Assembly (NCBI GenBank): GCA_963677595.1 | Contig: OY782041.1 | Location: forward strand, 32,001 to 96,000 | Direction: 5' to 3' | Origin: Spirochaetia bacterium | GTDB lineage: Bacteria > Spirochaetota > Spirochaetia > CAKZLE01 | Length of the DNA stretch: 64,000 nucleotides | Shown: positions 29,986-40,043 of the stretch, one piece after another | Layout: each line of letters begins with the position of its first letter | How positions within the stretch are numbered: position 1 is the first letter of the stretch | Made by a program: the position numbers and the translations under genes | Notes under the pieces: generated by a model | Told to the model about the DNA's origin: nothing | Seen by the model: the letters and a program-made list of their open reading frames with translations, nothing else | Database searches by the model: none

Positions 29986-31629
29986 CTATTTGAACTGTCG
30001 GTCGTAAGCTTTCTGTGACACGGCGAGGAGGTCATCCTGCCCAAGCTTATCGAGGTTCTTCACATAGGTGTCCCAGTCAGACTCGATGTCAAGGTCGCCG
30101 ACGATGTACTGTACGAGTGACTGCTTCACATACGTTGCGTATTCGGTCTTGACCGTAGCATACTCGGAGACTTCGTCAGCAAGGAACTTCAACCGCGGCA
30201 GGGCCTTGGAGGGATCTGCATGCGGCTTGTAGAGGTCCCTAGTTGCCTCATAGAGCATCTTCTCAAGCCCATCGGTCCCCCAGAGGTCGGCATCCTGTTC
30301 GGTTGCCTTCCCGAGCCGGAAGTCGCTGGTGAGCGCCCTCGGGCCTACCTCGATGAAGGACTCGTTCTGCGGGTCGGTATCGTTGAACGGCTTCATGCCG
30401 AACCAGATAGCCTGCTCGCCATCGAGGCCCTTCTCACCCTCTTCAGCCCATCTCCAGCTCTCGCCTTCGATTCCGTTACGTGCACGGAGGGTTCCCTCTG
30501 TCGTGTAGAGGTAGTCAGCCCACTTCACGGCTTCGACCGGGAATTCGCAATCTGCCGAGATGACGAATCGTCCGGGCATGGGCTCTGAGAGGTATGTCGG
30601 AGTGTACTGTACCCCATCCGGTCCCATCAGGGGCTCGAGGGGGCGATAGTTGCTGTAGCGTTCGCCGCCAAAGTTTGAGAAGACACCTCCCCAGCCACCG
30701 GCAGTCACACCGACGATGGGGTCAGCCGAACCTTCGACGAGCTGTACGAGCTGCCCGCCGTCCTGGGTGAATGACCCGGGGAAGATCAGGCCTTCGGCAT
30801 AGAGATCATGGAGATACCTGAGTCCATCACGGTATTCCGGTGTGTCAACAGCGGTTTCGATGGTACCATTATCCACGTAGAACCCGATGTATCGGTCCGG
30901 TGAGGTATCGATCCTGGAGTCGATATCGGTATAGACAAAGGAGTTGAGCAGGAAGAGGTCTGGAGTACCGTGCCAGGACTTGATGGCTCCTGCGAACGGA
31001 ATCTCGTCAGCTTCACCGTTCCCATTGGGGTCGTTGTCGCGGAAAGCGATGAGCATCTGCCTGAACTCCTCGGTTGTCTTCGGCATGTCGAGGCCGAGGG
31101 CGTCGAGGAAGGGCTGGTAGACCCACAGTTTGTTCGCGTTCTCGCAGTGGTAGCAGATATTGAAGGAAGGCAGGCCGTAGATCTTCCCGTCAGGGCTGGT
31201 GATGGCTCCCCATGCACCGGGAATCTCATCAAGGATCTTCTTCAGGTTCGGCATGTGCTCATCGATCAGGTCGTTAAGCGGCAGCAGCAGCTGCTCCTCG
31301 GTCCCGTAGAGGGAGAGCTTGTCATCGGTGAACCCGAGGCCGAAGAAGACATCCGGATAGTCCCCGCTGGCCAGTACGAGGTTCAGTTTCTCCTCTTCAG
31401 CCTGCTCGGGGATGGTCTCCCAAGTGATCTGCACACCGGTCTTGTCTTCCATGTGCTTGGTGAACTCATTCGTGTAGTAGTCCTCGATATAGACGGCTTC
31501 CACAGTCATGAACGTCAGTTCGGGCTGCTTATCGGCAGCGGCGGTCTCTTCAGCCTGACCTTTCGCGAAGGCAGGGCATGCTGCAGCGATTACCAGCAGC
31601 ATCATGAGCATCAGTCTCATGTGTTTCAT
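29986..31629 (-). CDS. Carbohydrate ABC transporter solute-binding protein (LplA-like)
   Basis: Signal peptide; LASGDYPD, PDGKIYGLP, DPNGNGEADEIP. Confidence 0.9.
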   Translation of the reverse strand: MKHMRLMLMMLLVIAAACPAFAKGQAEETAAADKQPELTFMTVEAVYIEDYYTNEFTKHMEDKTGVQITWETIPEQAEEEKLNLVLASGDYPDVFFGLGFTDDKLSLYGTEEQLLLPLNDLIDEHMPNLKKILDEIPGAWGAITSPDGKIYGLPSFNICYHCENANKLWVYQPFLDALGLDMPKTTEEFRQMLIAFRDNDPNGNGEADEIPFAGAIKSWHGTPDLFLLNSFVYTDIDSRIDTSPDRYIGFYVDNGTIETAVDTPEYRDGLRYLHDLYAEGLIFPGSFTQDGGQLVQLVEGSADPIVGVTAGGWGGVFSNFGGERYSNYRPLEPLMGPDGVQYTPTYLSEPMPGRFVISADCEFPVEAVKWADYLYTTEGTLRARNGIEGESWRWAEEGEKGLDGEQAIWFGMKPFNDTDPQNESFIEVGPRALTSDFRLGKATEQDADLWGTDGLEKMLYEATRDLYKPHADPSKALPRLKFLADEVSEYATVKTEYATYVKQSLVQYIVGDLDIESDWDTYVKNLDKLGQDDLLAVSQKAYDRQFK

Positions 31630-31661
31630 ACAATACTCCTTTTGCAGTATAGGTTATTTCT

Positions 31662-32561
31662 TTATCCTTTGACAGAACCGATCATGATTCCTTTCACGAA
31701 ATGCTTCTGTACAAAGGGATAAATGATGAGTAAGGGCGCACTTGACACAACGATCAGTGCATATTTCAGGACATCGGCAAGTCCCTGCTTCCTGGCCATG
31801 ATGCTGATGTCCTTGATCATGTTCCCGTCCATCTGGTTGAGGATCAGGATGTTCCACAGCACGATCTGCAGCGGGAAGAGCTCCCGGCTCTTCAGGTAGA
31901 TCAGAGCGTCGAAGTAGGAGTTCCAGATCCAGACGGCATAATAGAGGGACATGACCGCGATGATCGGGCCCGAGAGCGGGAAGACGAAGGAGAAGAGGAA
32001 CTTGATATCCGAGGTCCCCTCGATCTGGGCAGCCTCATAGAGCTCATCCGATATCGTGGTCGCGAGGTAGGTCCTCGTGACGATGACGTTCCAGATCCCC
32101 ATGGCGTTCGGCAGGATCATGGCAAGCCGGGTATCGATGATGCCGAGCTTCTGCACCACCAGGTAGGTCGGGATGAGCCCCCCGGTGAAGAGCATGGTGA
32201 ACAGGAAGATGCCCATGAAGAGGTTCCTCCCGTAGAACTCCTTCCGGGAGAGCGGGTATGCGGCCAGGACGGTGAGGAACACGCTCAGGGTGGTCCCCAG
32301 TGCCATGTAGAGCAGCGAGTTCATATAGCCCGACAGGATCATCCGGTTGCTGAACACGGCCTTGTAGGCGTTGAGGTCGAACCCCACGGGGAAGAGCCAG
32401 ACCTTGCCGCTGACCACGGCATTATGGTCGCTGATCGAGGCGCTGATGATATAGATCAGCGGATAGGAGACGATGAGGATCGCGAGGGTGATGAAGATCG
32501 TGTTGACCACGTCGAACGCCCGGTCGGAGGTGAGCTGACGTACTTTCTGTGTTCTTACCAT
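31662..32561 (-). CDS. Carbohydrate ABC permease (LplC-like)
   Basis: EAA loop ELYEAAQIEG, GGLIPTY, YPFVQKHFVKGIMIGSVKG. Confidence 0.92.
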   Translation of the reverse strand: MVRTQKVRQLTSDRAFDVVNTIFITLAILIVSYPLIYIISASISDHNAVVSGKVWLFPVGFDLNAYKAVFSNRMILSGYMNSLLYMALGTTLSVFLTVLAAYPLSRKEFYGRNLFMGIFLFTMLFTGGLIPTYLVVQKLGIIDTRLAMILPNAMGIWNVIVTRTYLATTISDELYEAAQIEGTSDIKFLFSFVFPLSGPIIAVMSLYYAVWIWNSYFDALIYLKSRELFPLQIVLWNILILNQMDGNMIKDISIMARKQGLADVLKYALIVVSSAPLLIIYPFVQKHFVKGIMIGSVKG

Positions 32562-33469
32562 AGTCCGGTATCTCCTTTCCGCTTAGCCAGCCAGTTGACT
32601 GAGAGCAGCAGCACGAGGTTGATGATCGAGTTGAACAGCCCCACGGCAGTGGAGAAGCTGAAGTCCGAGTTGATCAGGCCGATCCGGTAGATATAGGTCG
32701 AGATGATCTCGGCTGTCTCCAGGTTAAGGCCATTCTGCATGAGGTAGGCCTTCTCGAAGCCGACGCTCATGACGTACCCCATGTTGAGGATGAGCAGGAT
32801 GACGATCGTCGGCCTGATGCCCGGCAGGTCGATATGGAGGATCTTCTGGATCCTCGTGCAGCCGTCGACCTTCGCAGCCTCATAGAGCTGGGGATCGATC
32901 GTGGTCAGGGCAGCCAGGTAGATGATCGCATTGTAGCCGGTCTGCTGCCAGACATTGGTCCAGACATAGATGTGGCGGAACAGTTCAGGCTTGGCCATGA
33001 AGTTGATCGGGCCGAACCCGAAGAGGCCTACGAAGTGGTTCACCAGGCCGATACGGGTATCGGTGAACTGGATGATCATGGAGACGAGCACGACCGTCGA
33101 TATGAAGTACGGCATGTAGGTGATCATCTGGGCGAACTTCTTATAGCGTTCGCTCATCGCCTCGTTGAGCGAGATCGCGAGCAGTATAGCGAAGGGGATC
33201 GAGACAGCGATACTGTAAATACTCAATGCGATAGTATTCCAGATGATCTGCAGGCAGGACGGGGATGAGAAGAAGCGTATGAAATGCTTCAATCCTACCC
33301 AATCGCTTCCCCAGATCCCTTTCGATACACGGTACGTCTTGAATGCGATCTGCAGCCCGACCATCGGGAGATACTTGAAGATGATCAGGTAGAGCAGTGG
33401 TAAAAGGATGATAAGGTAGAACTGCCAGTGCTTCATGGCCTTCTTCCTCATCTGCAGTGGATTTGCCAA
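32555..33469 (-). CDS. Carbohydrate ABC permease (LplB-like)
   Basis: PYFISTVV, LYEAAKVDG, GFEKAYL; TTG start after AGGAGG. Confidence 0.92.
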   Translation of the reverse strand: MANPLQMRKKAMKHWQFYLIILLPLLYLIIFKYLPMVGLQIAFKTYRVSKGIWGSDWVGLKHFIRFFSSPSCLQIIWNTIALSIYSIAVSIPFAILLAISLNEAMSERYKKFAQMITYMPYFISTVVLVSMIIQFTDTRIGLVNHFVGLFGFGPINFMAKPELFRHIYVWTNVWQQTGYNAIIYLAALTTIDPQLYEAAKVDGCTRIQKILHIDLPGIRPTIVILLILNMGYVMSVGFEKAYLMQNGLNLETAEIISTYIYRIGLINSDFSFSTAVGLFNSIINLVLLLSVNWLAKRKGDTGLW

Positions 33470-33662
33470 GGGAACCTCCTTGTTGTTTCGTTTACTGCTT
33501 CCGAGTCTAAGGCCGGTTGAGCGCATCGGTAAAGGGACAAAACTTTCCGGAGGGTACACCCCGCCTGCGCAGCAGGGGTACATTTCTTACTTTGAGCGTA
33601 CAATTATTCTTTTTTTCCCAAAATCCCCCGAATTGGGCTATAATCACAATCCGAGAGGTCCC

Positions 33663-35942
33663 ATGGTCAAGCATACAATCATCAGAAGATACCTTGCATC
33701 CTATCTGCTGCTGCTCATCATCCCCATCATCGCATCGGTAGTCATCTACTACCAGACATCCTCGATGGTCGAGGATGACCTGATCGCCTCCAACCTGCAG
33801 GTCCTCGATGACAGCCGGATCATACTCGACAAGGAGCTCGAGAACCTCGACCTCACGATGAAGCGCCTGGCGACCAGCGGGGACGTCAACAGCTTCTTCA
33901 ACACCGGGGCGATCCCCGCCGGCTCTCCCGAATACTTCAAGGTGATCCGGGCCTCCTACATGGTCCACTCCTACTCGATCAACACCGACTTCATTGACGA
34001 CATCTACCTCTACGCGAAGGGCAGCGACATCATCCTGACGACGCAGCGGGTCCATACCGAGCTCGAGAATGACTACCCCTTCTATTTCCAGTTCGGGAAT
34101 ATGAGCTACAAGATGTGGGACGATGCCATCCTCAACGCCTACTACCACCACTCCTACCTCCCGGAGACGGTCATCAGCTTCGCCGGCGAATCCAAGGCGG
34201 TGATCCCGTTCATCCAGTCGGTGCCCTTCCATAACCGGAAGTACTCGAAGGGGAACATCATCGGGTTCATCGACCTGGGGATCCTGCACCCACTGCTCGG
34301 CAGGCTCAATCATGAGGGGCTGGGTAAGGTATACCTCATCGATGAGGAGGGGGAGATCCTCACCACGGTCGGGAATTCGGAGCTCCCCTTCGACCCGATC
34401 TCCCTGCTGAAGGAGTCAGGGACCTCGATCGAGAACCAGGTCATCGACCGGGAGGAGTGGCTGGTCTCACAGACGACCTCGAACATCACGGGCTTCAAGG
34501 TCCTCTCGGTCCTCCCCTCTTCATACATCGGGAACAAGATCTCCTATATCAAGAACATCATCATAGTCATCACCCTCGCCATCCTGGTCTCCGGGCTGCT
34601 CATCTCCATCTACCTCTCCTATCGGAACAGCAAGCCGGTCCTCGAGATCGCGGACCTGGCGAAGCAGCAGTTGGAGAACAGCGCGAAGCAGGTCAATGAC
34701 TTCGACCTGATCAAGTCGAGCATGACGCGCCTGATCAGGTCCAATAACGAGCTCTCGGAGTATAAGCGGCGGCAGCTGCCGGTCGGCAGGAACTCCTACC
34801 TGGAGCGGCTCCTTCTCGGGACGACGAACCGGGGCGAGGACACGGCAGTGATGCTCAAGTACCATGAGATACAGCTTGGGGAGCCTCCCTACAACGTGGT
34901 GCTCGTATCGATCAGGGGATACGGGTCGCTCATCAATGATGACATCCTCAATGAGAAGGACCTGATCATGATCATCATTATGGATGCCATGAGGGAGCTC
35001 TTCAGCGAGGCCGGGTACTACGTCCAGCTGGACCCCGATACCCTCGCATGGGTGTACCGTGAGGATTCACTCAGCGTGAAACAGCGCCTGCTGACACTTC
35101 ATGAGCGCCTACGGAAGGAGAATGATGTGGATGTCCTCATCTCGAGGGGTAAACCTCACCAGGAGGTCAGGGAACTCGCCCTCTCGTTCACCGAGGCTGA
35201 GAAGGGGATGGAATACCTGAGGACCCTGACCCGGGGAGTGAGCGTCTCCAACTATGACGAGCTGCCGGAACGCTCAGACAGCTTCAGTTATTCTGTGGAC
35301 CATGAGGCGAAGCTGAGCATCTTCGTGAAGACCGGCCAGCTCCAGGAGACCTCCCGACTGCTCGATGAGATCTTCGAGGAGAACTTCATCAAGCGGGAGC
35401 TCTCGTTCTTCATGATGAACCAGCTGCTCCGTTCCCTGCTCAACACCCTCATCAGGCTCAATGAGTTCTTTCTCGAGGAGGGCATCGCCAGGAAGGAGCT
35501 GAATGCCGTCTCCTCCTTCTCCTCGGCTGAGGAGGAGTTCACCGAACTGCGAAGGCTCTTCACCACCCTCGTGCTGAAGGCTGCTGACCTGAAGGACACG
35601 GAACAGAAACACCTGCGGGCGGCTGTCATTGCGTATATGGACCAGGAGTATGCCAACCAGAACATCAACCTGAGCATGCTCGCAGACCATTTCGGCTACA
35701 AGGAGTCCTATCTCTACCACTTCTTCATGGATACGGTTGGGCAGTCCTTTGCCAGCTACCTGGAGTCGATCAGGCTCGCTAAGGCATGTGAGCTGCTCCA
35801 GGAGAGCTCGGAGTCGATCGACTCCATCGCCGAGAGTATCGGGTACTGCAGCTCACACTCGTTCAGGAGGGCATTCAAGAGGCGGTATGACGTCTCGCCT
35901 TCCCTCTACAAGAAAGGCAGCATCACCTCGATCATCCTGTAG
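33663..35942 (+). CDS. Membrane-anchored AraC-family regulator (YesS-like)
   Basis: Two TM segments around a Cache-like domain; C-terminal YLESIRL..IAESIGY..SFRRAFKR..SP. Confidence 0.88.
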   Translation: MVKHTIIRRYLASYLLLLIIPIIASVVIYYQTSSMVEDDLIASNLQVLDDSRIILDKELENLDLTMKRLATSGDVNSFFNTGAIPAGSPEYFKVIRASYMVHSYSINTDFIDDIYLYAKGSDIILTTQRVHTELENDYPFYFQFGNMSYKMWDDAILNAYYHHSYLPETVISFAGESKAVIPFIQSVPFHNRKYSKGNIIGFIDLGILHPLLGRLNHEGLGKVYLIDEEGEILTTVGNSELPFDPISLLKESGTSIENQVIDREEWLVSQTTSNITGFKVLSVLPSSYIGNKISYIKNIIIVITLAILVSGLLISIYLSYRNSKPVLEIADLAKQQLENSAKQVNDFDLIKSSMTRLIRSNNELSEYKRRQLPVGRNSYLERLLLGTTNRGEDTAVMLKYHEIQLGEPPYNVVLVSIRGYGSLINDDILNEKDLIMIIIMDAMRELFSEAGYYVQLDPDTLAWVYREDSLSVKQRLLTLHERLRKENDVDVLISRGKPHQEVRELALSFTEAEKGMEYLRTLTRGVSVSNYDELPERSDSFSYSVDHEAKLSIFVKTGQLQETSRLLDEIFEENFIKRELSFFMMNQLLRSLLNTLIRLNEFFLEEGIARKELNAVSSFSSAEEEFTELRRLFTTLVLKAADLKDTEQKHLRAAVIAYMDQEYANQNINLSMLADHFGYKESYLYHFFMDTVGQSFASYLESIRLAKACELLQESSESIDSIAESIGYCSSHSFRRAFKRRYDVSPSLYKKGSITSIIL

Positions 35943-35954
35943 GGGGGGGGAAGA

Positions 35955-35982
35955 AGAAAGGCCGTCGATCGACGGCCTTTCT
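35955..35982. terminator. Bidirectional terminator (perfect 28-bp palindrome)
   Basis: agaaaggccgtcga-tcgacggcctttct between convergent genes. Confidence 0.75.
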
Positions 35983-36003
35983 CATTCTGGGAACGTTTAC
36001 TTC

Positions 36004-36297
36004 CTACTTCACTACCGTGACGGTCCTTGACATGATGATGCCGCCGGTAAGGGCGGAGATGACGAAGTCCATCAGCGAGAACTCGGTGATGATCCGGTAG
36101 TTCCTGTCGCCGCCAGCCATGGTATTCGAGTCAGCGGTACCAAGTGGGAACAGCCCGCCGAGCACATAGTACTGTCTCATGGAAGTCCGGTAGCCCTGGT
36201 CCGGGCCGTTCCCGACTGTGTGGATATTCGTCACGCAGCTTGCGAGGAACAGGACTACCAACAGTACAGCGATGATAGATACTAACTTTCTACTCAT
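36004..36297 (-). CDS. Bor/Iss-like small lipoprotein
   Basis: Lipobox FLASC, HTVGNG, QYYVLGGLFP, SRTVTV; GGAGG SD. Confidence 0.72.
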   Translation of the reverse strand: MSRKLVSIIAVLLVVLFLASCVTNIHTVGNGPDQGYRTSMRQYYVLGGLFPLGTADSNTMAGGDRNYRIITEFSLMDFVISALTGGIIMSRTVTVVK

Positions 36298-36416
36298 ACA
36301 ACCCTCCGTAAAACTATGTATACACCATTGTATCACAAACCAGGAGATAATACCTACCATAATATTCCAAGATATCAGGCACTGATATCAGGTATCAGGG
36401 CATGATATCAGAGTCC

Positions 36417-37373
36417 CTAGTTCACCACATTGACGGGTCTCCCGTCGAGGAAGGACCGCAGGTTCCCCACAGCGATGTCCATCAGCCTCCCCCGCGACTC
36501 GAGGGGAGCCCAGGAGATATGGGGGGTGATGATGCAGGTATCGATCCCGAGCAGGGGGTTATCGTCCCGGATCGGTTCCGTGGATACCACATCCACCGCA
36601 GCACCGGCGACCTTGCCGCTGAGCAGGGCTGACTTCAGGTCCTCTTCCACAATGAGGGGACCGCGTGAGTTGTTGATGATGATCACGCCGTCCTTCATCC
36701 GGGCGATGCTCTCAGCATTGATCATGCCCTCTGTCTCGGGAAAGAGCGGAATATGCAGCGAGATGACGTCTGCCTGCGTGATGACCTCATCGATGGAGCC
36801 GTAGGAGAGGGTCTCACTCACCAGCTCCTCATGCACGACAGCGTCATAGGCGAGGACCTTCATCCCCAGCGCCCCGGCGATTCGCCCGACCCCCTGGCCG
36901 ATCCGGCCGAAGCCGATAATCCCCATCGTCTTGCCAGCCAGTTCTATCAGCGGGTAGTCCCAGTAGCAGAAATCCGGGCAGGCTGCCCACCTTCCTTCCT
37001 GGACGGACCGGTTGTGCTCCCCGATATGGTGGCAGACCTCGAGCAGGAGCCCGATGGCGAACTGGGCTACCGAGGCGGTCCCGTAGGTGGGGATGTTCGT
37101 GACCGGGATGTTCCGCTCCCGTGCCGCTGCAGCATCAACCACGTTATAGCCGGTGGCGAGTACCCCGATATACCGGAGGTCCGGGCAGGCGCTGATCGTC
37201 TCCCCGGTGACCGGGGTCTTGTTCGTGATCAGGATATCGGCATCCTGTGCCCGTTCGATGATGGACTTTGTCTCGGTCCTCTCATAAACGGTAAGTTCCC
37301 CCAGCGCCTCGAATCCAGCCCAGCTGAGATCTCCCGGGTTCTCTGTATACCCATCAAGCACGACGATCTTCAT
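36417..37373 (-). CDS. D-2-hydroxyacid (glycerate/hydroxypyruvate) dehydrogenase
   Basis: MKIVVLDGYTENPGD, GIIGFGRIG, INNSRG, TPHISWA. Confidence 0.9.
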   Translation of the reverse strand: MKIVVLDGYTENPGDLSWAGFEALGELTVYERTETKSIIERAQDADILITNKTPVTGETISACPDLRYIGVLATGYNVVDAAAARERNIPVTNIPTYGTASVAQFAIGLLLEVCHHIGEHNRSVQEGRWAACPDFCYWDYPLIELAGKTMGIIGFGRIGQGVGRIAGALGMKVLAYDAVVHEELVSETLSYGSIDEVITQADVISLHIPLFPETEGMINAESIARMKDGVIIINNSRGPLIVEEDLKSALLSGKVAGAAVDVVSTEPIRDDNPLLGIDTCIITPHISWAPLESRGRLMDIAVGNLRSFLDGRPVNVVN

Positions 37374-37670
37374 CTCTTCCCTCCTTAAGCAGGACCGCCT
37401 GTGAAGCTGTCCCTGCACTCTTAGGATAACCCTAGCATGATGAACCAGTTCGTTCAATGAGCTACATCATTGCCTTGACACAGGTTAATGTAATAATCCC
37501 CTGTTTTCCTTCACTACATGCTATAATGCGGTAGGGCATGTAACCAAAAGCACAGGCCCTGCCATGTACATCATACGTCCTGCTGATTTATTTTGACATT
37601 TGACCTTTTGTTTGTCATAATAAAACATCCTGTGGAGCATACCCATGCCAGCCGCAGGGAGGGAGTACCA

Positions 37671-39575
37671 ATGGAAAAGACATTACCGATTCTCTTACGG
37701 AACATTCAGGCAGCCCACCCCGATATCGAGGTCCAGCTCTGGAAGGATGAGAAGGGCCATTACAACCCAACGACCTATGCAGCGTTCTACCAGGAGGTCC
37801 TCGCCTTCGCCTCAGGGCTGAAACAGCTCGGCGTCAAGCGGGGGGACCACGTCGGCCTCATCTCAGACAACCGGAGGGAGTGGCTCATCGCCGACATGGC
37901 GACCCTAACCCTCGGAGCTGCCGACGTGCCCCGGGGTCGTGATGCCATGCCCCACGAGATCGAATATATCCTCAGCTTCAGCGGATGCGAGCTCTGCTTC
38001 GTCGAGAACGACCAGCAGCTCGAGAAGATCCTGGCCCTGACGCCAGGACTTCCAGAACTCAAGCGCATCGTCATACTCGATCAGGAGTTCGAACGGCCGG
38101 AGGGACTCCCGGAGAGCCCCGAGATCATCCTCTTCACCGAGGTAATGGAAGCGGGAGTGAAGAAGGTCAAGATCAAGACTGGCTTGCAGGCGATCGAGAA
38201 GGAGATCGACAAGGGGGAATCAGAGGACCTGGCCACCATCATCTTCACCTCGGGGACTACCGGGGAACCCAAGGGGGTCATGCTGACCCATGGGAACTTC
38301 ACCTTCCAGGTCGAGCAGGTCGGCAAGGTGATCACCCTCACCCCGGGAGACCGCTGGCTCTCCGTCCTGCCGGTCTGGCACTCCTTCGAGCGGATCCTCC
38401 AGTATGCGGCACTCGGCTACGCAACGACGATCGCCTACTCAAAGCCGATCGGGAAGATCCTCCTCCAGGACTTCGTCAAGGTGAACCCCACCTGGATGGG
38501 GTCAGTACCGCGGATCTGGGAATCGATCAAGCAGGGTGTGTACAAGAATGTGAAGGGAAAGAGCGTCGTAGCACGGGGACTCTTCAAGTTCTTCGTCTGG
38601 GCGGGCAACGCACATGCGGTCTCATCGGACCTCCTCTATAACCGGATGCCCCAGTACCGCAAGCGGTTCTATCCCCTGGACGTCCTCATCGGTATCCTGC
38701 CCTTCCTCCTCCTCTATCCCGTGAAACTGCTCGGCGGGGTCCTGGTATTCAAGACCATCAAGCAGAAGCTCGGGACGAACTTCAAGGCCGGGGTATCAGG
38801 GGGTGGGTCGCTGCCGAAGGCTGTCGACCGCTTCTTCAGGGCGATCGGCATCACCCTCCTCGATGGGTACGGCCTGACCGAGACCGCACCGGTCATCGGT
38901 ATCAGGAAGTACGACCACCCGGTCCCGACCACCGTAGCCCCGCTGCCGGAGACCCTGATCGAGATCAGGGATGAGGAAGGCAATGCCCTCCCTCCCGGCC
39001 AGAAGGGTGTCATCTTCGCAAAGGGCCCTCAGGTCATGCAGGGCTACTATAAGAAGCCGGAACTGACCAAGGCCATCCTCTCTGATGACGGCTGGCTCAA
39101 TACGGGAGACCTCGGGATTTGGACCCACAAGGGTGAGTACTGTATTGCCGGGCGAGCAAAGGATACCATCGTGCTCTCGGGTGGAGAGAATATCGAGCCG
39201 GTACCGATCGAGGCCAAGCTGCGTGAATCGGAATACATAGAGCAGGCGATCGTGCTCGGTCAGGACCAGAAGTACCTTGCAGCCCTGATCATCCCCGATA
39301 CCAAGCTCCTCGAGCTCTTCATGAAAGACAACACGATCCCCTACGTGTCACGGGGGGACCTCATCGAGATGCCGCAGATCATCGAGCTCCTCAACGAGGA
39401 GATCAGCGGCCTAGTCAACGCGAAGAACGGGTTCAAGACCTTCGAACACATCGTACGGTTCAAGCTGATCAAGGCGAACCTCGAGATCGGCCGGGAACTC
39501 TCAGCCAAGCAGGAGATCAAGCGCCATGTCATTGGCGAGATGTACCGCAAAGAGATCGAGGAACTGTTCAGATAG
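37671..39575 (+). CDS. Long-chain acyl-CoA synthetase
   Basis: IFTSGTTGEPKG, GYGLTET, NTGDLG, GRAKD, GENIEP. Confidence 0.9.
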   Translation: MEKTLPILLRNIQAAHPDIEVQLWKDEKGHYNPTTYAAFYQEVLAFASGLKQLGVKRGDHVGLISDNRREWLIADMATLTLGAADVPRGRDAMPHEIEYILSFSGCELCFVENDQQLEKILALTPGLPELKRIVILDQEFERPEGLPESPEIILFTEVMEAGVKKVKIKTGLQAIEKEIDKGESEDLATIIFTSGTTGEPKGVMLTHGNFTFQVEQVGKVITLTPGDRWLSVLPVWHSFERILQYAALGYATTIAYSKPIGKILLQDFVKVNPTWMGSVPRIWESIKQGVYKNVKGKSVVARGLFKFFVWAGNAHAVSSDLLYNRMPQYRKRFYPLDVLIGILPFLLLYPVKLLGGVLVFKTIKQKLGTNFKAGVSGGGSLPKAVDRFFRAIGITLLDGYGLTETAPVIGIRKYDHPVPTTVAPLPETLIEIRDEEGNALPPGQKGVIFAKGPQVMQGYYKKPELTKAILSDDGWLNTGDLGIWTHKGEYCIAGRAKDTIVLSGGENIEPVPIEAKLRESEYIEQAIVLGQDQKYLAALIIPDTKLLELFMKDNTIPYVSRGDLIEMPQIIELLNEEISGLVNAKNGFKTFEHIVRFKLIKANLEIGRELSAKQEIKRHVIGEMYRKEIEELFR

Positions 39576-39582
39576 TTCAAAA

Positions 39583-39608
39583 AGGGCCTCAGCTGCAGCT
39601 GAGGCCCT
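39583..39608. terminator. Palindromic terminator between convergent genes
   Basis: agggcctcagctg-cagctgaggccct with an A-run on the left. Confidence 0.7.
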
Positions 39609-39614
39609 CATCAT

Positions 39615-39992
39615 CTATGCGAGCTTTTCAGCCCCGCTATAGACCGATTCCACCTTGAGCACCGCGGCTGCATGGCCGGGAAGGTGCTCGGGGTTTCATG
39701 ACTTCATGAAGTCGAAGTACTCCCCCTCACTCACATACTCGATCATCCCCTTGACCTGGTAGGCTTTCTTCTCACTGGTGATGAATAAGATGGTTCCTTT
39801 CGATCCTGAGAGGAGGTTCTCTTTCGTCTTGTTGAAGTAATTGTCAGCGATGACGAAGGTCTCGTCATCGAAGATCCTGATGCAGGTCGCATAGATCGCA
39901 TTGGGAAGGCCTGAAGGATCACCGGTGGTGAACACCGGTGCACTGCCCTGGTCCCCGAACGCGTCCCTGACCGCCTGTGGTATTGCTGCCAT
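39615..39992 (-). pseudogene. Pyridoxamine 5'-phosphate oxidase-like FMN-binding protein with an in-frame TGA
   Basis: PNAIY, ADNYFNKT, AYQVKG; after the TGA (39696-39698) the frame continues NPEHLPGHAAAVLKVESVYSGAEKLA to a TAG. Confidence 0.78.
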
Positions 39993-40043
39993 ACTGGACT
40001 CCTGAATGGTTTTCCTTAAGTATGCACATTAACGGGCGTATGC

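Noticed and set aside
35942-35950. G9 homopolymer as a phase-variation tract
   Set aside because: It starts at the last base of the AraC stop codon and lies before a terminator, so length change would not alter coding or a promoter.
39696-39698. Genome-wide TGA=Trp recoding
   Set aside because: Many full-length genes (nifH, nifK, cutC, uxuA) end in TGA and Trp is encoded by TGG.
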